The position numbers and the translations under genes were made by a program. Shown here in pieces: positions 1-9,241 of a DNA stretch of 64,000 nucleotides (position 1 is the first letter of the stretch; each line of letters opens with the position of its first letter). The stretch is from Bacteriovoracia bacterium (GTDB lineage Bacteria > Bdellovibrionota > Bacteriovoracia > Bacteriovoracales > Bacteriovoracaceae): the NCBI GenBank assembly GCA_046570105.1, contig JBKHVI010000002.1:74737-138736 (forward strand), written 5' to 3'. Under the pieces are notes generated by a model. It was not told the DNA's origin. It was given only the letters and a program-made list of their open reading frames with translations, and ran no database searches.

Positions 1-30
1 CAATATGGATTTCAACGAAGCGTTCGATAG

Positions 31-834
31 CTGAAAACATTTCTCTTTCTTCTCATTGTCAGTCTCCCCGCCTTTGCACTTCCTCTCTATGAATTAGGAG
101 TAGCAGGCGGCGGAGGCTATTTGCCCGATTACCCGGCAGCCGGTGAAGGCCGTGTACGAAGTCTCGTCGTACCTAATTTTCGTTATCGCGGAAAAGTATT
201 TCGCGCTGATGAGGACTCAGGTGTGCGTGCCCGTTTATTTAACAATTCACGATTTGATTTTGATTTAAGTTTTGGTGGCGCCTTTCCCGTAAATGCTGGT
301 GATAATCGCGCGCGCAAAGATATGAAGGCCCTCGACTGGCTAGTGGAATTTGGCCCTCGCCTCTTTACCATTTTGTGGGATGAAAAAAACGTCGGCCGCC
401 TGCGCTTAGGTCTTCCTGTTCGTGCGGTATTTTCGACGCCAGGAACCAGTGCCACTTATCAAGGTATTGTTGCCGTTCCAGGACTCGTGCTTGAACTTTT
501 TCAATTCCCCTGTGAGCGCTGTCGCGTGATTAATTTCTTAGGCCCAACTTACGTTAGTAATGGTGTGGGTGATTATTTTTATGAAGTCCCAGAAAAAGAT
601 GTCACAAATGATCGACCTCGCTATGACGGCAAGGCAGGTTATATGGGAACAGACTTAACAACAGGCCTGTCATACCAACAAAAAAAGTGGGAAATATTTA
701 TTGGTGCGCGCTATTCAAATTATCGCGATGCCGCCAATCGCCAAAGTCCTCTTTATAAAAATGAAGAGAACTTGGCAGGATTTATCGCTCTCGGTTGGTT
801 GCTCTACCAATCAGATGAAGAAGCCAAACTCTAA
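31..834 (+). CDS. MipA/OmpV family outer-membrane protein (MltA-interacting scaffold type); probable CTG start at 31 rather than TTG at 121
   Basis: In-frame upstream extension gives a signal peptide (L/M)KTFLFLLIVSLPAFA followed by LPLYELGVAGGGGYLPDYP, typical of MipA N-termini. The body has alternating beta-strand patterns and a RQSPLYK motif near the C-terminus. Confidence 0.75.
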   Translation: MKTFLFLLIVSLPAFALPLYELGVAGGGGYLPDYPAAGEGRVRSLVVPNFRYRGKVFRADEDSGVRARLFNNSRFDFDLSFGGAFPVNAGDNRARKDMKALDWLVEFGPRLFTILWDEKNVGRLRLGLPVRAVFSTPGTSATYQGIVAVPGLVLELFQFPCERCRVINFLGPTYVSNGVGDYFYEVPEKDVTNDRPRYDGKAGYMGTDLTTGLSYQQKKWEIFIGARYSNYRDAANRQSPLYKNEENLAGFIALGWLLYQSDEEAKL

Positions 835-843
835 GGAAGTGTT

Positions 844-2226
844 ATGGGTGTTTTAGGAATTGTTCTCTCTCTTGCGGGACTCATGTATTTTGCTTACCGC
901 GGACTCAATGTTCTTCTCCTCGCACCCATCATGGCGCTCTTTGCTTGCGCTTGGCACGCTGACGCTCCTTTCATGGCCACTCTCACACAAGTCTACATGC
1001 CGGCAGTTGGCGGCTATGTGATTAAGTATCTTCCCATTTTTCTCTTGGGTTCCTTATTTGGAAAACTCATGAGTGTCTCAGGAGCTGCTAATTCAATCGC
1101 ACGCTCGGTTTCTCAATCCTTGGGTGCCCGTCATGCATTATTAGCGGTTGTGCTTTCATGCGCTGTTCTCACCTATGGTGGCGTATCGCTTTTTGTCGTC
1201 GCTTTTTGTATGGAACCCATCGCTCAGTCTCTTTTTAGAGAGGCCGGCATTTCACGTCGCTTTATCCCTGGAGCCATTGCCTTAGGTGCTTTCACTTTCA
1301 CCATGACAGCACTTCCAGGAACTCCTGCCATTCAAAATGCTATTCCTATGCCTTATTTTGGCACTGATGCTTTTGCCGCTCCAATTCTCGGAATTATTGG
1401 CGCTCTCGTTATGTTCAGTGTGGGTTTTTGGTGGCTCACTCGTCGTACAAAAAAAGCTATGTCGATGGGAGAAAAGTATGAAGCGGAAGCTCAAGAAGCC
1501 ACTGCGGCGGTACAGACGACACTTCCCTCTATTTGGCTCTCAATCACACCACTTTTGATTGTCTTCATTGGTAATTATTGTTTATCGCGTGTGCTCATTC
1601 CACGCTTTGATTACAGCTATCTGGCCGATCCCAAATTTGGCGCCACTACACTTGATAAAGTCGTGGGCACCTGGGCACTCGTAGGCGCTTTGGCGTTGGG
1701 TGTTTTATTTTTGATTGTTGCATTTTTGCGTCGAATGAAAAACCCCATGGAGGCCATCAATCGCGGCACGCTTGATTGTATGTTGCCCGTTTTTAATACC
1801 GCATCCGAAGTAGGCTATGGCCAAGTGATTGCCACACTGGCCTCATTTGCGCTGATCAAAGGTGGCATCATGGGAATTTTCCCTTCGAACCCTCTTGTTT
1901 CAGAAGCTGTGGCAGTCAATGTGTTAGCAGGTATTACCGGTTCGGCATCGGGTGGTTTATCTATTGCGCTTGAGGCGCTGGGTTCGACTTATCTTGATTT
2001 AGCACGCCAATTAAATATTTCCCCAGAACTGTTGCATCGAGTGGCCGCCATGAGTTCAGGTGGCTTTGATACACTCCCGCACAATGGGGCCGTGATCACC
2101 TTACTCGCCATTTGTAAGATGGATCATAAGCGATCGTACTTTGATATTTTTATGGTCGCAGTCGCCTTTCCTGTGCTCGCAACTATGACCGTTTTGATTT
2201 TGGGGTCAACATTCGGAAGTTTTTAA
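844..2226 (+). CDS. GntP family permease, D-3-hydroxybutyrate permease-like
   Basis: Polytopic hydrophobic protein with motifs LTYGGVSLFVVAF, ALPGTPAIQNAIP, GITGSASGG and DTLPHNGAVITLL. Lies next to a 3-hydroxybutyrate dehydrogenase. Confidence 0.85.
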   Translation: MGVLGIVLSLAGLMYFAYRGLNVLLLAPIMALFACAWHADAPFMATLTQVYMPAVGGYVIKYLPIFLLGSLFGKLMSVSGAANSIARSVSQSLGARHALLAVVLSCAVLTYGGVSLFVVAFCMEPIAQSLFREAGISRRFIPGAIALGAFTFTMTALPGTPAIQNAIPMPYFGTDAFAAPILGIIGALVMFSVGFWWLTRRTKKAMSMGEKYEAEAQEATAAVQTTLPSIWLSITPLLIVFIGNYCLSRVLIPRFDYSYLADPKFGATTLDKVVGTWALVGALALGVLFLIVAFLRRMKNPMEAINRGTLDCMLPVFNTASEVGYGQVIATLASFALIKGGIMGIFPSNPLVSEAVAVNVLAGITGSASGGLSIALEALGSTYLDLARQLNISPELLHRVAAMSSGGFDTLPHNGAVITLLAICKMDHKRSYFDIFMVAVAFPVLATMTVLILGSTFGSF

Positions 2227-2245
2227 TTCCAATAACTTAACCCCA

Positions 2246-2270
2246 CTTTACTTCCGAATCGGAAGTAAAG
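2246..2270. terminator. Hairpin between convergent permease and dehydrogenase genes
   Basis: CTTTACTTCCG-AAT-CGGAAGTAAAG, a perfect 11-bp stem. Confidence 0.65.
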
Positions 2271-2272
2271 AA

Positions 2273-3019
2273 CTAAAGTCCCATCCCCCATCCGCCGGAG
2301 ATATTAAACGCTTCTCCGGTAATGGTATTAGCGGTATCAGAGGCCAAGAAACAGACAAGATCTGCCACTTGATCTGGACTCGTGAGCTTCTTCACATGTT
2401 GATCTTTCAAGAACACGCGCTCTAAAACTTCCTGCTCCGAGAGTTTATTTAGTTCCATTTGTGACTTCACTTGGTCACGCATGAGTGGCGTATCTACAAA
2501 ACCCGGACAAATCGTATTCACGGTAATGCCATGAGGTGCGCCTTCAATGGCCGCAACTTTAGCAAGGCCCAGGACTCCGTGCTTTGCGGCCACGTAGGCC
2601 GACTTAAATGGCGATGCCAGTTTTCCATGAACTGAACTGATATTAATCACTCGTCCACGGCCTAGTTTTTTCATGGATGACCATGAGGCCTTCGTACACA
2701 AAAATGTACCCGTGAGCATGACCCCAATGAGGAGCTGCCACTTCTCAAGGGGATATTCCTCAAGTGGTGCCATAAATTGCAAACCTGAATTATTCACCAA
2801 AACACCAATATCGCCTTTCAGCGCGATAGTTTCTTTTACTGCATTTAAAACGGCATCTTCTTTGGAAACATCACAAAAAACATGAGGAAGACGAGGATCG
2901 GCCTCAACAGGTGCGCGCAGATCCCAATTCACCACGGGATAACCGGCCTCGATGAGCTTCATTGCGATAGCACGTCCGATACCACTTGAAGCACCGGTAA
3001 CAACAGCACAACCTTTCAT
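2273..3019 (-). CDS. bdhA: 3-hydroxybutyrate dehydrogenase (SDR)
   Basis: TGASSGIG Rossmann motif, NNSGLQF, SVHGKLASPFKSAYVAAKHG and ICPGFVDTPL, all characteristic of BDH-type SDRs. Confidence 0.85.
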   Translation of the reverse strand: MKGCAVVTGASSGIGRAIAMKLIEAGYPVVNWDLRAPVEADPRLPHVFCDVSKEDAVLNAVKETIALKGDIGVLVNNSGLQFMAPLEEYPLEKWQLLIGVMLTGTFLCTKASWSSMKKLGRGRVINISSVHGKLASPFKSAYVAAKHGVLGLAKVAAIEGAPHGITVNTICPGFVDTPLMRDQVKSQMELNKLSEQEVLERVFLKDQHVKKLTSPDQVADLVCFLASDTANTITGEAFNISGGWGMGL

Positions 3020-3996
3020 TTCATCTCCTTCAATTTTGCCACACCTGAAAGATAGTTCTGCACCATCTCGGCGATGACACTCATCTGCCCGCCTTTTTTC
3101 AAGTGATAATCAGCTCCGCTATAGCCCCACCAATCCCAACAGCCCTGCGAGTTGCCGAGGCGATTGTTGACTAAAACTTGGGGATAGATGACGACAATAT
3201 TATTGGTTTCGGCCCACTCATTGTGGCCTGTTTGACGATAGTAAGCGTCCTGGACTTCAGGGATAGTTTGCTTACAACCATGAAACGCTACATGAAGATG
3301 ACACTCACTGCGACGAGCTTCACAAGCTGTAGGGACATAAACGATGGCCTCCGTCGCGAGAGAAAGTGCTTCCGCACGACTCGCACTTGCTTGAGTCATT
3401 TTAAAAAACCGGGAAGGATTAACCGCACCCTTAGGCTCAAGCGGTCCATAAAGAAATGCCAACATTTCTCCAGCGATATCTCTTCCACAACGTGAAACAT
3501 AAGGTGATTGGGCAGCGGCCGGACAAGGATTACCGTTATCTACCGTTGGAAACGCATGGCCAGACTCAACACTGGTTTCAACTTTTATTTCGGGCACACC
3601 TAATGCTTGATAAAACTTTTCCGTTAAGGCGAGAACTTGCGTATTTACGATGCGATCATTTTTTCCGAGCTGCAAATAAATTGAGTGCGACTTCACATTT
3701 TCTAAATCGTCGATTTCACCGGCGGCCGCACGTTTATTCGCCTCGGCCATAATGTCATTGAGTGAGGGAGCACCCATAAAAACTTCCATACAGCGATAAA
3801 GCGCATCCATGGCGCGCCCTTTTGCGCAGTAATAGGGGCCTCCGGCCAAAATTGCGGCGCCCTCTACCCAAGAAGAATTCGCTAAATGAAATTGAGCTGC
3901 AAAATAAGCACCCGACGAGAGACCCGAAACAGTCGTTTTCGCCCAGCTCGAAAGGGACAAGAGTGAGACGCACAGTAATAAGATGTATTTTTTCAT
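3016..3996 (-). CDS. phaZ: Secreted short-chain PHA (PHB) depolymerase, type II catalytic domain
   Basis: Signal peptide, N-terminal lipase box VSGLSSG, AGGPYYCA, GHAFPT, HVAFHGCKQ, WAETNNIVVIYPQ and GCWDWWGY. ATGA overlap with bdhA. Confidence 0.85.
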   Translation of the reverse strand: MKKYILLLCVSLLSLSSWAKTTVSGLSSGAYFAAQFHLANSSWVEGAAILAGGPYYCAKGRAMDALYRCMEVFMGAPSLNDIMAEANKRAAAGEIDDLENVKSHSIYLQLGKNDRIVNTQVLALTEKFYQALGVPEIKVETSVESGHAFPTVDNGNPCPAAAQSPYVSRCGRDIAGEMLAFLYGPLEPKGAVNPSRFFKMTQASASRAEALSLATEAIVYVPTACEARRSECHLHVAFHGCKQTIPEVQDAYYRQTGHNEWAETNNIVVIYPQVLVNNRLGNSQGCWDWWGYSGADYHLKKGGQMSVIAEMVQNYLSGVAKLKEMK

Positions 3997-4063
3997 ATTA
4001 ATGTCATAACCTTAAAGGGCACTCATCGCAAAGTGGATTGACACCAAAAGCTTACACAACACT

Positions 4064-4840
4064 ATGATAAAACTACTGCTTCTCCCTCTTATCGTGCTGC
4101 TTCACGCCTGTGCTTTTAAAAGTGCTGCGGTTGGGCAACTTGATACATTTATTGAGTATCAAACAGGCTCACGCCTAGACCTCTACCTACATCAGAAACA
4201 ACAGCTCGAAAAAGATGTGAATACTCTTCTGACTGAACAGCAAAAATCTTTGAGTGATGTGAAGGAACTCCTTAACTCCATCGACCTTAAACAAGAAGAT
4301 GAATTGAAAACTCAATGGGCCAAACTTACCCAACTCTATCATCGGGTGGCCCTGGCCTATGCCCAAGTTTTTTCTACCCACCTCGCTGCTCTCGATGGGG
4401 CCCAACAAAAAACTTTTTTTGCCAAGATGAAAGAAGAAAACCAAGAGATCAAAGAACGCAATAGTGAGCGCTCAGTCGACAAGCTTTCCGAGAGAGTTGA
4501 GTATTTCTTAGGTAGCATTAACGACAAACAACGAGAGGTTCTCAAAGTACATTTACCGGCGATAAATCTTAGGGCCAAAGCTCGTTTGAAACGACGTGAG
4601 ACTTTACATAAAACGTTTAAGAGCATCTTTGATCAAAAGCTAACAAATGAACTCAAACGTACACAGATTTATCAGGCCTTTGTCACTTATCAAGATGATA
4701 CGCTTAAATCACAAGATTCTTTCTTTGCTGTGATAAAAGACATCGCCATCCATAGCAACGAAGAACAAAAGAAAACTTTTCTTGAAAAGAAGCAAGAAGT
4801 CTTAGAGTTGGTTAATCTCTTTGAGAAAGCTGAATATTAA
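4064..4840 (+). CDS. Helical lipoprotein (DUF6279-like)
   Basis: Lipobox LHAC followed by an all-helical charged body. Confidence 0.55.
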   Translation: MIKLLLLPLIVLLHACAFKSAAVGQLDTFIEYQTGSRLDLYLHQKQQLEKDVNTLLTEQQKSLSDVKELLNSIDLKQEDELKTQWAKLTQLYHRVALAYAQVFSTHLAALDGAQQKTFFAKMKEENQEIKERNSERSVDKLSERVEYFLGSINDKQREVLKVHLPAINLRAKARLKRRETLHKTFKSIFDQKLTNELKRTQIYQAFVTYQDDTLKSQDSFFAVIKDIAIHSNEEQKKTFLEKKQEVLELVNLFEKAEY

Positions 4841-5925
4841 CGAACTTCCGTTTTAAATTCTCTCGACTCCTGTGAGTCATCCATGGAGATACTAAAAGGC
4901 AGTCGCCCGATTTCACGTCCGTCAGTTGTCTCAACTGAAATACGCCAATCGCCCGGAGTGTAATTACCTTTGGTAGCATTACCTCGATAGCCCCCCACTC
5001 TCCCACCTGTCACACGCATCGGTATTTTGTCAGTGGTCTGCCATCCTTGACTGATGTCGTATTTCTGCCAATGCAACACGACTGTGTCGTCAAAGCGAGC
5101 GGGAGAAAAGACTTGGGCAAAAAAATGGACCTTATCACCTGAGCGCGCTTTAAAATCTTGATCACCTTTATTCCAAAACTTCCACCAGGGGTTCTCATGA
5201 TAAAGCGTATAGACCCCTGGGCGCTTCACAATATTGTGATAGATTCCCATTTCTTCCACCGCCAAAGGAACCGGTGGAATCCAACCCAATAAGTAGAAGA
5301 CAAAAAACATTCCCGAGACACTGGCGCCAGGCAAGATCAGACGACGTATCAGCACGCTGGCGTCATCGATTTTTTTCATTAAGAGCTTAAACCATCCCCA
5401 AAGTGCCAGGCCCGTTAGACCGAGGGCCAATAAAAAAGGCACCCATCCGACAAAACCCAAGAGCACGGGAATCATCATGCTGAAAAATGAAAAAACACAA
5501 ATAACAAACAAACCGATTTTGGTGTCGATACCTTTGCCTTGCACACTTTTCATTTCATTAGCGACCATGATTAACATCAAGCAACCAACAAAAGTAATGG
5601 AAGAAAAAACTGAAGCACTCTTCAAGAAGAAAAGAGAATAGATGCTTAGTAGGCTCCCCAACATAAAGTGGATAATAAAGCCGCGATATTCCCAAATTTT
5701 AATGAACCACTTAGGCAAGGTGACTTTACCAGCGGAATGCAAGAACTCATAACTAATGATCAATCCTACGATCAATAGATAGAGCACTTGCTGAATGACG
5801 GAAAACAAATCATCAATTTGCGAGAGCGTCACGACATCAAAAAGAAAACCGCCCAAGAAGAAGGCCATATCCACGCGTGTTTCATGTTGTTCATAAAACG
5901 ATAGTGCGCGGGCCTTAATATTCAT
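4837..5925 (-). CDS. DUF2914-domain membrane protein
   Basis: About 7 TM segments, IPPVPLA, and a C-terminal domain with FAQVFSP, HW, GGRVGGYRG and PGDWRISVETTDGREIGR. Confidence 0.75.
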   Translation of the reverse strand: MNIKARALSFYEQHETRVDMAFFLGGFLFDVVTLSQIDDLFSVIQQVLYLLIVGLIISYEFLHSAGKVTLPKWFIKIWEYRGFIIHFMLGSLLSIYSLFFLKSASVFSSITFVGCLMLIMVANEMKSVQGKGIDTKIGLFVICVFSFFSMMIPVLLGFVGWVPFLLALGLTGLALWGWFKLLMKKIDDASVLIRRLILPGASVSGMFFVFYLLGWIPPVPLAVEEMGIYHNIVKRPGVYTLYHENPWWKFWNKGDQDFKARSGDKVHFFAQVFSPARFDDTVVLHWQKYDISQGWQTTDKIPMRVTGGRVGGYRGNATKGNYTPGDWRISVETTDGREIGRLPFSISMDDSQESREFKTEVR

Positions 5926-5934
5926 GCATAATCC

Positions 5935-6414
5935 TTAGATCGGTCGAAGAATCCTTACTGTCTTGAGAATCATACTGCCTGTGACGAGAGAAGTAAGTAT
6001 CCAAGCAAAATAAAAATTCCCGCTTTCATGCATTCCAGCGACACCCGCCAAAAGCTTTACACCCATAAGGGCGATGAATAGAACGGCCACCGGCGGCACC
6101 ACAATAAAGAAATGATGTTTCCATACCCAATGCCACTGAGCGCGAGTTAAAGTCAGCGCCCCACAAATTGTTCCAAAACTCACAAACAGTGCGGCACAAA
6201 AAGCTCCACAGGCAAAGGCCCCATAAGGCATGACCCAATGTGAAATCCCATGCCCCCCTCCGATCGGACCGATGCCAAATTGCGGACAAACCAAGAGAGT
6301 GACTAAAGCGCCTAAAGTAAGAGTGAGATAAAACCGCAAAATGGTTTTCTTAGGATGTAGTTCGATTTCAGCATACTCCATCACTTTTTGTGTGAGATGA
6401 GGAGGAATAGTCAT
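5935..6414 (-). CDS. Membrane protein, putative anti-sigma factor with Cys/His residues
   Basis: About 4 TM helices; ATGA-coupled directly downstream of an ECF sigma gene. Confidence 0.55.
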   Translation of the reverse strand: MTIPPHLTQKVMEYAEIELHPKKTILRFYLTLTLGALVTLLVCPQFGIGPIGGGHGISHWVMPYGAFACGAFCAALFVSFGTICGALTLTRAQWHWVWKHHFFIVVPPVAVLFIALMGVKLLAGVAGMHESGNFYFAWILTSLVTGSMILKTVRILRPI

Positions 6415-6896
6415 AAAGACTCCTTCTTGATTGAACGCAGAGCTCGGCTTAGCTTTTGGCGGAGGCTCACTTCTGATGTGCCATAGCGAGTGGCCAATTC
6501 TTCGTAAGAGAAACCTGCGAGATAATGCTCTTTCACAAGAACTTTATCTTTATCACTTAATCCTTCGAGCCATTCATCAATATCGTGCCCAACAGGGGCA
6601 GCGCTTTCGTGTTCAAAATATTCCGTTCGTCGCACCTTCTCGCGTCGATAGTCGTCAATGAAGAGGTTGCGGGCCATGACAAAAAGCCAAGGCAGAAACG
6701 GTGTACCATGCCATTGTTCACGTCGCTCAAGAAGCCTAGCGAAGCATTCTTGGAAAAGATCCTCAGCTCGACCTGGGGCCTTCTTAAAAAAATACTTCCA
6801 CACTCGCTCATGATGACGAGCGTAGAGCGCCTCAAAGGCCGGAAGATTATTTTTCTGCACCAGTTGCATAAGTTCTTCGTCTGTTTTGTTATCCAT
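6411..6896 (-). CDS. ECF RNA polymerase sigma factor
   Basis: TDEELM, AFEALYARH, AEDLFQECF, FLPWLFVMARNLFIDDYRR (region 2) and GFSYEELA...LSRA (region 4). Confidence 0.9.
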   Translation of the reverse strand: MDNKTDEELMQLVQKNNLPAFEALYARHHERVWKYFFKKAPGRAEDLFQECFARLLERREQWHGTPFLPWLFVMARNLFIDDYRREKVRRTEYFEHESAAPVGHDIDEWLEGLSDKDKVLVKEHYLAGFSYEELATRYGTSEVSLRQKLSRALRSIKKESL

Positions 6897-7290
6897 AGAT
6901 CAATTTTGGCAGTACATAGGTGAAAAAAATACCAAAAAGGTTAATTCCCACTGCACCCCAAAAGATCACACCGCTCCATTTCTTAGTTCGCTCACAACTC
7001 TCTCTTGCATCAATCGGACATGGTTGCTTGGCACTCCAACGTCTTACAGCAAAAGTTACAGAAAGCATGACAAGGCTACCTGTGAATAACCAAACTTTTT
7101 GCTCCGATAACCAAATCAACTGAGGAAAAGCCCCCAAAAAACTGACTAAGGTTGCCCCCATCCCCAGCGCCACTAAAAGGGAGGGAAGTGCACAACACAA
7201 AAGTGTTCCAAGACTCCCAAAGAGACTCAGCCACGCTGAAAACCAATTGGCCTTATTGGCGCTTGATATCGACGACTTCATAACCGGCAT
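6889..7290 (-). CDS. MerT-like heavy-metal transporter (start could be ATG 7281)
   Basis: Three TM segments, LLCCALP cysteine pair in TM1 and a second Cys pair (CPIDARESC) in the loop. Confidence 0.7.
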   Translation of the reverse strand: MPVMKSSISSANKANWFSAWLSLFGSLGTLLCCALPSLLVALGMGATLVSFLGAFPQLIWLSEQKVWLFTGSLVMLSVTFAVRRWSAKQPCPIDARESCERTKKWSGVIFWGAVGINLFGIFFTYVLPKLIYG

Positions 7291-7528
7291 CCTTGATAAC
7301 GTCTGTGATCACCTGATCTGATAATTTAATTTTTTTATCATTATCAACACTGACTGTTTTTTTATCTAAATCAACTTTGACCTTTTCTGGATCGACACCT
7401 AAAGCTTTAAATTTTTTCTTTATCCCTTGAGCACACATTGAACAGACCATACCTTTGACACCAAAATTGATGGTTTCTGCTATCGCAGAAAAACTACTCA
7501 GCATAAAAACAAGTGCTAAAATTCGCAT
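7253..7528 (-). CDS. Exported heavy-metal-associated (HMA) domain protein, MerP/CopZ-like
   Basis: Signal peptide, GMVCSMC metal-binding motif and IKDAGY C-terminal motif. Confidence 0.85.
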   Translation of the reverse strand: MRILALVFMLSSFSAIAETINFGVKGMVCSMCAQGIKKKFKALGVDPEKVKVDLDKKTVSVDNDKKIKLSDQVITDVIKDAGYEVVDIKRQ

Positions 7529-7537
7529 AAATACTCC

Positions 7538-8167
7538 TTAGAGATGAACCATGAGATTAAGCATCATATCGCCTTTAAGTGATGAGCCCATTTCCCATAA
7601 AACGTTGTGATAAAAGAACCGCAAGAGCGGTGTAATTTTAGTTTCTCGAGCGGTGATGGGATCATGCCACACTTGCAACATCGCCCAACTTTGCAGAGAA
7701 GAAAAATCAGCGATGATCGGTGAAATCCCGACGCGGCCAACCCAAATTCCATGATCCGTATCCGAACTACCGAGATGAAGATATTTAGCTGCTAAAAAAT
7801 ATTTTCTCGTTTCCCAATCGGCTTCTATTCCCATCATATATCCGAGACGGTTTTCATTTTGCTCACTATCTGAGCGACCAAGGCCTGAGTGCAGATAAAG
7901 ATTGGCCTGAGAATCATCACCGTTGTAGCGATAGGCCAGATGATTAAGCTTAGCGAGTTGCCACTCTTGCTCGTTGCCTTGCATGTCGGACAGCCGCCAA
8001 TAATTTATCCCACTCGACCAACGCGAGCTAAAGGAATAACTCACACTGGCGTCGGTCATATCCGCCATCGTCATACTCGAGAGCACCCAGCCATCTTGAT
8101 AAATCACCGGGTGAGCGAAAGCCACGCTACAAAATCCAACCAATAAAAGACCCAATAAATTGCGCAT
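7538..8167 (-). CDS. Secreted or outer-membrane beta-strand-rich hypothetical protein
   Basis: Signal peptide ending AFA followed by HPV; alternating aromatic beta strands; first gene of the metal operon. Confidence 0.6.
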   Translation of the reverse strand: MRNLLGLLLVGFCSVAFAHPVIYQDGWVLSSMTMADMTDASVSYSFSSRWSSGINYWRLSDMQGNEQEWQLAKLNHLAYRYNGDDSQANLYLHSGLGRSDSEQNENRLGYMMGIEADWETRKYFLAAKYLHLGSSDTDHGIWVGRVGISPIIADFSSLQSWAMLQVWHDPITARETKITPLLRFFYHNVLWEMGSSLKGDMMLNLMVHL

Positions 8168-8188
8168 ATCAACCCCTGTTACCCTCTA

Positions 8189-8215
8189 TACGGTTTATAG
8201 GGAGCATTTGTGACA
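8189..8215 (-). promoter_or_regulatory. Candidate ECF-type promoter TGTCACA-N16-CGTA
   Basis: Minus strand reads TGTCACA aatgctccctataaac CGTA about 20 bp upstream of the operon that contains the ECF sigma. Confidence 0.55.
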
Positions 8216-8235
8216 TGCGGGCAATTTACGTCAAA

Positions 8236-9153
8236 TTAGGGCATGGGAACGCGAAAAACCTTCGATTCTAGACTAAAATCATCGCCTTGATTGACGTGGT
8301 AAACACCACAGCCAACCAAGGTATCATTTTCAAAGAAAAAATCTCCTCTGAGCATCATGTAGTGCTGACGTTGCCCCTCGCCCACCACATGGGCCACCCA
8401 ACGGGGACGAACTGATTTCGACGAAAGCAGGTCTTTCTCAGTGAGCACATGAATCCATCCGCCATTATTAAGTACAAGCTTGTCTTGCCACATATGCGCC
8501 GGAGTTTCCGGATAGATCACACCCGCACGTCGATAGTCATACGGTGTGGCCTGGAGAACTTTACCAGTTTGCGCTTCAAGTGTGGCCACGCCATTAAAAC
8601 CACCTTCAGCGGTTCCCGTCATGATGACGTAGAGTTTATTCCCATTGGTCACCACATTAATCGCCATACTGTTTTTAATCTCATTGAGACGCGTCTCCCA
8701 CTTGATCTTTTGAGTGGCACTATCAAAGGCAGCCACTCCACCTCGTCCTCGCGCTAAGAAGATAATTCCCTCATGGGCACTCATGCCTCGCGCCTGATTG
8801 GCCAGCGCCGGATGAGTATTGATTGAATGACTTGCGATTAAACTTCCATTCAAATCAAACTGTAAAAGTTCCTGCGCACTTACCGCCCAAACTTCATTTG
8901 AAAGAGTGGCCAAAGACTTAATGGATTCAGCATGAACATAGACCTCATCGCCTTGGTTATTTTCGAGGACAAAGCGGGCACCTTCTTCTGACACAATTCG
9001 ACGAGCGACAAAGCCTATAGTGAAAGCCGCCGCATTAGTCAACATGCGTGATTGATCTCCCGGCATGGGCTGCAAGGTGGCCTTGCAGACTGTGTCGAGG
9101 TGCGCTCCCCAAGCAGAAGTAGAAAAAAGCAGTGCTAATGCGATAGATTTCAT
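8236..9153 (-). CDS. Secreted beta-propeller-like hypothetical protein
   Basis: Signal peptide and repeated blade-like segments (IFLARGRGGVAAFD, LYVIM, VATLEAQTGKVL). Confidence 0.55.
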   Translation of the reverse strand: MKSIALALLFSTSAWGAHLDTVCKATLQPMPGDQSRMLTNAAAFTIGFVARRIVSEEGARFVLENNQGDEVYVHAESIKSLATLSNEVWAVSAQELLQFDLNGSLIASHSINTHPALANQARGMSAHEGIIFLARGRGGVAAFDSATQKIKWETRLNEIKNSMAINVVTNGNKLYVIMTGTAEGGFNGVATLEAQTGKVLQATPYDYRRAGVIYPETPAHMWQDKLVLNNGGWIHVLTEKDLLSSKSVRPRWVAHVVGEGQRQHYMMLRGDFFFENDTLVGCGVYHVNQGDDFSLESKVFRVPMP

Positions 9154-9241
9154 AAAAACTCCTATGATGTGAAAATGTTAAAAAACTCTCCTAGCTTTGA
9201 CACGCAAGAAAACGTAAGTTTTCCTCTACCAAAGAGGTTTT

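Noticed and set aside
6889..7528. Mercury resistance operon
   Set aside because: No merA reductase or merR regulator in the window
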